A stretch of DNA of 12,482 nucleotides. It comes from Candidatus Methylomirabilia bacterium (GTDB lineage: Bacteria; Methylomirabilota; Methylomirabilia; Rokubacteriales; CSP1-6). The notes beneath the pieces were generated by a model. The model was not told the DNA's origin and did no database searches. It was given only the letters and a program-made list of their open reading frames with translations. The translations under genes and the position numbers were made by a program. Positions 6,650 to 12,482 of the stretch are shown here, one piece after another. Every line of letters starts with the position of its first letter. Positions within the stretch are counted from its first letter, which is position 1. The stretch spans positions 1 to 12,482 of the forward strand of contig JBGQHJ010000142.1 in NCBI GenBank assembly GCA_041497895.1, written 5' to 3'.

Positions 6650-7957
6650 ATGCCGCGCCAGTTTACCCTCCCGGACCTGGGAGAAGGCCTTACCGAGGCC
6701 GAGATCGTCGCGGTGCTGGTGCGCGAGGGGGAGGTCATCGGCGAGGACGCCCCCCTGCTCGAGGTGGAGACCGACAAGGCGCAGGTGGAGATCCCCTCTC
6801 CCATCGGGGGCCGGGTCGAGAAGATCCACGTGACGCCGGGGCAGACCGTGAAGGTCGGCGCCGTGCTCGTCACCTTCGCCGACAACGGCGCCCCCGCCAC
6901 CGCGACCGCCGCGCCGCCCCGGGCGGCGCCGGCACGGACCGCCCCGACGGCTTCGCCGCCCGGGCGCGAGAGCGCGCCCGCCGGCGGCCCGGTGGCCGCG
7001 ACGCCGGCCACCCGCCGGCTCGCCCGCGAGCTGGGCGTGGAGCTCCGCGCGGTCCGCGGCAGCGGGCCGGGCGGCCGCGTGCTCGATACGGACGTGCGGG
7101 CCGCCGCGGCCGGGGGTCGCCCGGCGCCCGCCGCGAGCGAGCCGCGGCCGCAGCCCGCGACCGCGACCCGGGAGGCGACGCCCGGCGGCCCGGCCAAGCC
7201 GCTGGCGAGCGTCGGCCTCGAGCCGCCGCCCCTGCCGCGCTTCGAGCAGTGGGGCCCGGTCGAGCGGCAGCCGCTCTCCCACCTGCGCCGGACCATCGCG
7301 GAGCGCATGACGCTCTCGGCCACCCTGGTCCCGCACGTCACCCACTTCGACCGCGCCGACATCACCGAGCTCGACGCGATCATCGCCCGTAACCTCGAGC
7401 CGGCGCGGGCCCGCGGGGTGACGCTCACCCTCACCGCCTTCCTGCTGAAGGCGGCGGCGCTCGCGCTGCGCGCCCATCCCCAGTTCAACGCGAGCCTCGA
7501 CCCGGCCGCGGGCGAGCTGATCCTCAAGCGCTACTACCACCTGGGCGTGGCGGTGGCCACCCCGCGGGGCCTGATCGTGCCGGTGCTCCGGGACGTGGAC
7601 GGCAAGCCGGTGCTCGAGATCGGCCGGGAGCTCGGGGCCCTGGCGCAGCGCGTGCGCGACGGCAAGGCCGCGCTCGACGACCTCCGCGGGGGCACCTTCA
7701 CGATCACGAACATCGGGGCGCTGGGCGGCACCGCGGCGATCCCGATCATCAACTACCCGGAAGTCGCCATCCTGGCCGTCGCGCGCGCGCGTCAGGAGCC
7801 GGTGGTGCGCCAGGGCCAGATCGTGCCGCGGCTCATGCTCCCGATCACCCTGACCTTCGATCACCGCGTCGCCGACGGTGCCGACGGGGCGCGCTTCGCA
7901 ACCGAGCTCGTGAGCCTGCTCGAGGCGCCCGAGCGCCTCATCGGAGACCTCGGCTGA
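6650..7957 (+). CDS. pdhC: Dihydrolipoamide acyltransferase E2 (one lipoyl domain), about 435 aa
   Basis: ATG at 6650. Lipoyl domain LPDLGEGLTEAEI..VETDKA, Ala/Pro linkers, peripheral subunit-binding domain ATPATRRLARELGV..GSGPGGRV, and catalytic GGTFTITNIG, PIINYPE and DHRVADG. Confidence 0.93.
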   Translation: MPRQFTLPDLGEGLTEAEIVAVLVREGEVIGEDAPLLEVETDKAQVEIPSPIGGRVEKIHVTPGQTVKVGAVLVTFADNGAPATATAAPPRAAPARTAPTASPPGRESAPAGGPVAATPATRRLARELGVELRAVRGSGPGGRVLDTDVRAAAAGGRPAPAASEPRPQPATATREATPGGPAKPLASVGLEPPPLPRFEQWGPVERQPLSHLRRTIAERMTLSATLVPHVTHFDRADITELDAIIARNLEPARARGVTLTLTAFLLKAAALALRAHPQFNASLDPAAGELILKRYYHLGVAVATPRGLIVPVLRDVDGKPVLEIGRELGALAQRVRDGKAALDDLRGGTFTITNIGALGGTAAIPIINYPEVAILAVARARQEPVVRQGQIVPRLMLPITLTFDHRVADGADGARFATELVSLLEAPERLIGDLG

Positions 7958-9345
7958 TGGTGATGGGCGACATGGTGGACGAGGTGGACGTCGCGGTGAT
8001 CGGCGGCGGCCCCGGCGGCTACTCGGCCGCGTTCCGCTGCGCCGAGCTCGGGCTCGAGACGGTGGTGATCGACGCCGACCAGCGCCTGGGCGGAGCCTGC
8101 CTCTTCGAGGGCTGCATCCCGAGCAAGGCCCTGCTCCACGTCGCGGCGGTGCTGAGCGAGGCGGAGCGCGCCAAGGAGTGGGGCGTCGACTTCGGCGAGC
8201 CGCGCATCTCGCTCGATCCCCTGCGCAAGTGGAAGCAGGAGCGCGTGGTGGGCAAGCTCGCGCGCGGGCTCAGCTCGGTGGCCAAGGCCAAGGGCGTGAC
8301 CGTGGTCGGCGGGCGCGCCGTCTTCGAGGACTCGAGCACCCTGCGCATCGAGGGTGACACGCTCCGGAAGATCCGCTTCAAGCACGCCATCGTGGCCACC
8401 GGATCCGAGCCGAGCCCGCTCCCCGGCGTGGCGCTACGGAGCGAGCGGGTGATGGACTCGACGGCCGCGCTCGAGCTCCCCGAGATCCCGGAGCGCCTCC
8501 TGGTGATCGGCGGTGGCTACATCGGGCTCGAGCTCGGCACGGTGTACGCGACCCTCGGCAGCCGCGTCACGCTCGTCGAGATGACCGAAGGCCTCCTGCC
8601 CGGCGTGGACCGAGACCTGGTCCAGCCCCTGCAGCGACGGGTCGACAAGCTGTTCGCGGCCGTCCACCTCCGCACGAAGGTGACCGGGCTGCGCGAGGTC
8701 GGCGACCGCATCGAGGCCGTGCTCGAGGGCCAGGGCCCGCAGACGTTCGACCGGGTGCTGGTCGCGGTGGGCCGCCGCGCCCGGAGTGGCGGCCTCGGCC
8801 TCGAGGCGACCCGCGCCCGGCTCACCGATCGTGGCGGCTTCATCCAGATCGACGACCGCTGCCGGACCGGTGACGCGCACATCTACGCGGTAGGGGACGT
8901 CACCGGCGAGCCGATGCTGGCCCACCGGGCCATGCGGCAGGGCAAGGTGGCCGCGGAAGCCCTGGCCGGCCAGCCCGCCGCCTTCGACAACGTCGCCATC
9001 CCGGCCGTGGTCTTCACCGACCCCGAGATCGCCTGGTGCGGCCTGAGCGAGGCTCAGGCGAAGGCTCAGGGGATGGAGACCAAGGTCTCGAAATTCCAGT
9101 GGGCGGCCTCGGGGCGCGCGGCGACGATCGGGCGCGCGGACGGGCTCACCAAGCTGGTGGCCGACGCCCGGTCGGGACGCGTGATCGGCGTCGGCATCGT
9201 GGGCCCCGGAGCCGGCGAGCTGATCGCCGAGGCGACGCTCGCGGTCGAGACCGCCGCGCTCGTCGAGGACGTCGCCGCGACCATCCACGCCCACCCGACC
9301 CTCTCCGAGACCCTCATGGAGGCGGCCGAGAACCTGCTCGGCTAG
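7957..9345 (+). CDS. lpdA: Dihydrolipoyl dehydrogenase E3
   Basis: GGGPGGY FAD motif, redox disulfide GGACLFEGCIPSK, GGGYIGLE and HAHPTLSE. The start is coupled to E2 through TGATG. Confidence 0.96.
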   Translation: MVMGDMVDEVDVAVIGGGPGGYSAAFRCAELGLETVVIDADQRLGGACLFEGCIPSKALLHVAAVLSEAERAKEWGVDFGEPRISLDPLRKWKQERVVGKLARGLSSVAKAKGVTVVGGRAVFEDSSTLRIEGDTLRKIRFKHAIVATGSEPSPLPGVALRSERVMDSTAALELPEIPERLLVIGGGYIGLELGTVYATLGSRVTLVEMTEGLLPGVDRDLVQPLQRRVDKLFAAVHLRTKVTGLREVGDRIEAVLEGQGPQTFDRVLVAVGRRARSGGLGLEATRARLTDRGGFIQIDDRCRTGDAHIYAVGDVTGEPMLAHRAMRQGKVAAEALAGQPAAFDNVAIPAVVFTDPEIAWCGLSEAQAKAQGMETKVSKFQWAASGRAATIGRADGLTKLVADARSGRVIGVGIVGPGAGELIAEATLAVETAALVEDVAATIHAHPTLSETLMEAAENLLG

Positions 9346-9353
9346 CGCCGGCC

Positions 9354-10028
9354 GTGCCCGAGTCGATGCGGGTCGCCGTCGCCTCCGGAAGCGTCACCGC
9401 CCTGCGCTATCCCGCGATGGAGCGCGCGGCGACGCTCACCCTCGTGCTGGGGCACGGCGCCGGAGCCCCGCAGACGAGCGACTTCATGGTCGCGTTCGCG
9501 CAGGCCCTCGCCGACCGGGGGTTCTCCACCGTGACGTTCAACTTCCCCTACATGGAGGCAGGCCGTCGCCTGCCGGACCGGGCGCCGATCCTCGAGGCCG
9601 CCTTCCGCGCCGTGATCACCGCGGTGCGAGACCGGGCCGATGCCGGTGGCGGCCGGCTGGTCATCGGCGGCAAGTCGCTCGGCGGTCGCATGGCCTCGCA
9701 CGTGGCCGCCGCCGGGCTCGACGGGCTGGCGGGCCTGGTCTTCCTGGGCTACCCGCTCCACCCGCCCGCCCAGCCGCAGCGGCTCCGGGCCGAGCACCTC
9801 GCGCGCATCCGGGAGCCGATGCTGTTCGTGCAGGGCGCTCGCGACACCTTCGGCACGCCGGAGGAGCTGGCGCCGGTGCTCGCGCCCCTCGGTCCCGCCG
9901 TCCGTGTCCACGTGGTCGAGGGAAGCGACCACTCCTTCGCGGTGCCGAAGCGGGGACCGGTGCCCCAGGCGCAGGTCTTCGCCCAGGTTCAGGACGAGAT
10001 CGCGCGGTGGCTCCGCGGGCTCACCTGA
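9354..10028 (+). CDS. Alpha/beta-fold hydrolase, about 220-224 aa
   Basis: HGAGA oxyanion region, nucleophile elbow GGKSLGGR, LGYPLHPP, QGARDTFG (Asp) and DHSF (His). The start is GTG 9354 or ATG 9366; the track start at 9036 overlaps lpdA. Confidence 0.85.
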   Translation: MPESMRVAVASGSVTALRYPAMERAATLTLVLGHGAGAPQTSDFMVAFAQALADRGFSTVTFNFPYMEAGRRLPDRAPILEAAFRAVITAVRDRADAGGGRLVIGGKSLGGRMASHVAAAGLDGLAGLVFLGYPLHPPAQPQRLRAEHLARIREPMLFVQGARDTFGTPEELAPVLAPLGPAVRVHVVEGSDHSFAVPKRGPVPQAQVFAQVQDEIARWLRGLT

Positions 10029-10038
10029 GCCGCCCCGG

Positions 10039-10314
10039 TCAGCGGAGATCGATCTCCACGCCGCCCACCAGCGTCGCGAGCGCGTTGTAGAGCCCCGCCA
10101 TGACCAGGGTCATCACGAAGCCCATGACCCCGTAGGCCACCGGCAGGAACACGACGGCCGCGATCCCGAAGAACGGGCCGGCGGGGCCGCCGTGGCCGAA
10201 GCCGCCGACCGCGGCCACGAGCGAGAGCAGCGCGCCCATCGCCAGCCCCAGGATCGTGTAGAGCAGGCCGACCACCTTCGCGCTCGAGAGGGGCCCTACC
10301 CGGTTGATGACCAT
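10039..10314 (-). CDS. Small two-TM membrane protein of unknown function (possibly DUF3566-like)
   Basis: Two hydrophobic helices, short beta-like termini (MVINRVGPLS..; GGVEIDLR) and a GGAGG SD. The family assignment is tentative. Confidence 0.7.
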   Translation of the reverse strand: MVINRVGPLSSAKVVGLLYTILGLAMGALLSLVAAVGGFGHGGPAGPFFGIAAVVFLPVAYGVMGFVMTLVMAGLYNALATLVGGVEIDLR

Positions 10315-10330
10315 GCGCGGCCTCCGTCGG

Positions 10331-11068
10331 TTAGAGACGCTTGAGCAGCCACTCGGGAGTGAGGCTGATGGCCCAGGAGTTCAGGAGCACGTAGTAGTTC
10401 GTGACCACCAGCAGGCCCACCGCCACCAGGAGCACGCCCGCCACCCGCTCCACGATGGGGATGAACGGGCGGTAGCGCTTGAAGAACCGGAGGAAGCTGC
10501 CGAGCGCGATCGACGAGAGCAGGAACGGCACCCCGAGGCCGGCCGAGTAGAACAGCAGCAGGGTGATGCCCTGGCCCACCGTCTTGTCGTTGCTGGCCAG
10601 GGTGAGGATCGAGCCCAGGATCGGGCCGACACAGGGCGTCCAGCCGATGGCGAAGGTGAGCCCCACCAGGAAGGAGCCGAGCAGTCCGGCCGGCTTGCTG
10701 CGGATCTGCAGCTGCTGGGTGCGGCCGAAGATGCCGACGCGCAGCACGCCCGCGATGTAGAGGCCGAAGACGATGATGAGCACGCCGCCGCCGATCCGGA
10801 TGGCGTCGCGGTAGTCGAGCAGGAACTGCCCCGCCGCGCTGAAGGAGGCCCCGAGGCTCACGAACACCACGCTGAAGCCCACGATGAAGGCCAGCGAGTG
10901 CAGGAGCACGCGGGTGCGGGCTCCGGCGGTGACCTCGCTCGTGAGGCGGTCGACCGACATGCCGGTGATGAACGACAGGTAGGACGGGAAGAGCGGGAGC
11001 ACGCACGGGGAGAGGAACGAGAAGAGCCCGGCCGAGAAGGCCACCAGGACGCCGAGGGACTCGCTCAC
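10331..11068 (-). CDS. ccdA: Cytochrome c biogenesis protein CcdA (DsbD-beta family), about 245 aa
   Basis: AGLFSFLSPCVLPL and FAIGWTPCVGPIL motifs with multiple TM segments. The GTG start at 11068 overlaps the TlpA stop (GTGA). Confidence 0.92.
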   Translation of the reverse strand: MSESLGVLVAFSAGLFSFLSPCVLPLFPSYLSFITGMSVDRLTSEVTAGARTRVLLHSLAFIVGFSVVFVSLGASFSAAGQFLLDYRDAIRIGGGVLIIVFGLYIAGVLRVGIFGRTQQLQIRSKPAGLLGSFLVGLTFAIGWTPCVGPILGSILTLASNDKTVGQGITLLLFYSAGLGVPFLLSSIALGSFLRFFKRYRPFIPIVERVAGVLLVAVGLLVVTNYYVLLNSWAISLTPEWLLKRL

Positions 11069-11598
11069 TTGAGCAGGGACTCGATGAGGGCGTGGGCCGC
11101 CTTGCTGTCCCACTCGCGCGAGCCGTTGGCGAAGAGCACCCGCTTGCCCTGGCGATCGATGATGAAGGTCGACGGCACCGCCCAGACCCCGTACCGCTCC
11201 CGCACCGCCATCTTCGGATCGAGCGCCACCGGGAACGTGAGCGCGAACTTCTTGACGAAGGGGTTGACCACGCTCGCCCCCTGCGAGTCGAGCGAGATGG
11301 CCAGCACCACGAGCCCGCGATCCTTGTAGGCGTGGTGCAGGCGCTCCATGCTGGGCATCTCCTCGCGGCAGGGCTCGCACCAGGTCGCCCAGAAGTTCAG
11401 GAAGACGACCTTGCCCTTGAAGTCGCCCAGACGGAGCGGGCGATCGTCCGGGGTACGGACCTGGAAGTCGGGCGCGTCCTTGACCGGCTTGGGCCGGATG
11501 AGCGAGAGCGCCGCCACCGGGTCCTCGGCCGGGGCCACCCGACCGGCCAGGAGCACCGCGGCAAGGGCCACGAACGCCACGACGACGCGGGTTTTCAC
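11065..11598 (-). CDS. TlpA/ResA-family exported thiol-disulfide reductase, about 177 aa
   Basis: Signal peptide MKTRVVVAFVALAAVLLAG, APDF, and GKVVFLNFWATWCEPCREEMP (CxxC), with cis-Pro loop VPST. The start is placed at GTG 11598, 6 nt after a TATACT box (11610-11605). Confidence 0.9.
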   Translation of the reverse strand: MKTRVVVAFVALAAVLLAGRVAPAEDPVAALSLIRPKPVKDAPDFQVRTPDDRPLRLGDFKGKVVFLNFWATWCEPCREEMPSMERLHHAYKDRGLVVLAISLDSQGASVVNPFVKKFALTFPVALDPKMAVRERYGVWAVPSTFIIDRQGKRVLFANGSREWDSKAAHALIESLLK

Positions 11599-11685
11599 GC
11601 CGTCAGTATACACCGCGCTCACCCGGGCCCCGGGCGGCCGGGGCCTGATCGATACGATCGCGATTCATGGTAGGGTGATGCACCC

Positions 11686-12482
11686 ATGGCGGCGACGCCC
11701 CTCCCCGTGGTGACGATCCTGGCGGACGACCTCACCGGCGCCTGCGACACGGGCTGCCTGTTCGCGGGCTCCGGGCCGGTCGCGGTGGCGGTGGACCCCA
11801 TCCTCGCGGCCGGCGACCGACGCGTCGTCGCGATCGACACCGAGACCCGCATGCTCACCGATGCGGACGCCGCGGCCGCCCTCCGCGACGCGGCCGGGCG
11901 GCTCCACGCGCGATTCGAACAGGGCCCGGTGTTCAAGAAAATCGACTCGACCATGCGCGGGCCGGTGGCCGCGGAGCTGGCCGCGCTGCTCGAGCAGGGG
12001 CGACCGTTCGTGGGCGCGCTCGTGTGTCCCGCGTTCCCGGCCCTGCGTCGAGTGGTCAGTCACGGTCGCCTCCTGGTCGACTCCGTCCCGGTTCACGAAT
12101 CCCCCATCGGCCGCGATCCCGGCTTCCGCGGCGGCACCTCGGACCTGGCCGCGCTGCTCGCCGGGCCCGTGCCCGTGATCACCCTCGGCCTCGACGACGT
12201 GCGGGCCGGCTGCGAGAAGATCGTCCACGTGCTCGAGCAGCACCGCGGCGCCGTCGTGGCCGCGGACGCGCTGACCGACGCCGACCTCGCGAGCCTGGCC
12301 CGTGCGGCTCTCTCGGTGGAGGGCACGCTGGCCGCGGGCTCGGCGGGCCTCGGGCGCGCGCTGAGCGACGCGCTCGGGCTGGCCGGACCGGCGGTCGCTC
12401 TGCCCGCGGGCCCGGCCCGGCTCGTCGTGGTCGGCAGCCTCCATCCGGCCAGCCGGGCCCAGCTCGACGCGCTCGAGCGCGC
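11686..12482 (+). CDS. Four-carbon acid sugar kinase family protein (DUF1537, DtnK/OtnK-like), 3' end outside window
   Basis: My translation from ATG 11686 gives MAATPLPVVTILADDLTGACDTG..IDTETR..FKKIDSTMRG..CPAFP..GSAGLG..VVGSLH, open to the window edge. A TG-G-TAGGGT extended -10-like box lies at 11668-11676. Not in the ORF track. Confidence 0.88.
   Translation, partial: MAATPLPVVTILADDLTGACDTGCLFAGSGPVAVAVDPILAAGDRRVVAIDTETRMLTDADAAAALRDAAGRLHARFEQGPVFKKIDSTMRGPVAAELAALLEQGRPFVGALVCPAFPALRRVVSHGRLLVDSVPVHESPIGRDPGFRGGTSDLAALLAGPVPVITLGLDDVRAGCEKIVHVLEQHRGAVVAADALTDADLASLARAALSVEGTLAAGSAGLGRALSDALGLAGPAVALPAGPARLVVVGSLHPASRAQLDALER

Noticed and set aside
6890..7240. Ala/Pro/Thr-rich repetitive stretches in E2
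   Set aside because: These are ordinary flexible linkers around the peripheral subunit-binding domain.
498..12444. Numerous long antisense or alternate-frame ORFs (e.g. 498..1478, 1306..2313, 2703..3827, 4412..5473, 5476..7527, 6491..7864, 10304..11329, 11665..12444)
   Set aside because: These are shadow ORFs of well-supported genes. They have no recognisable motifs and are expected from stop-codon scarcity at high GC.
1..12482. CRISPR array, rRNA or riboswitch
   Set aside because: There are no regularly spaced repeats. All intergenic gaps are under about 120 nt and are accounted for by promoter or terminator signals.

Overview
This is a high-GC (roughly 70%) bacterial chromosomal window, mostly housekeeping genes. 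Left to right: the 3' end of a lower-GC tyrosine integrase (+, runs off the left edge); a minus-strand run of thrB, dcd, a Pup-like protein ending in GGQ, an FmdB-type zinc ribbon, a LysR regulator and selD; a plus-strand 2-oxoacid (probably pyruvate) dehydrogenase operon (E1a, E1b, E2, E3) followed by an alpha/beta hydrolase; a minus-strand TlpA, CcdA and small membrane protein unit; and a divergent four-carbon acid sugar kinase-family gene that runs off the right edge. Three points stand out. (1) selD is a selenoprotein that the ORF track splits at an in-frame UGA (CAG-U-ASK), followed by a SECIS-like hairpin. (2) The pup gene has none of the usual pupylation or proteasome genes beside it. 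It sits in an apparent dcd-pup-zinc-ribbon operon bounded by a sigma70-like promoter and a UUCG hairpin. (3) Several genes have a -10 box 6-7 nt before the start codon and no Shine-Dalgarno, which suggests leaderless transcripts. Taxonomy cannot be established from the sequence alone.
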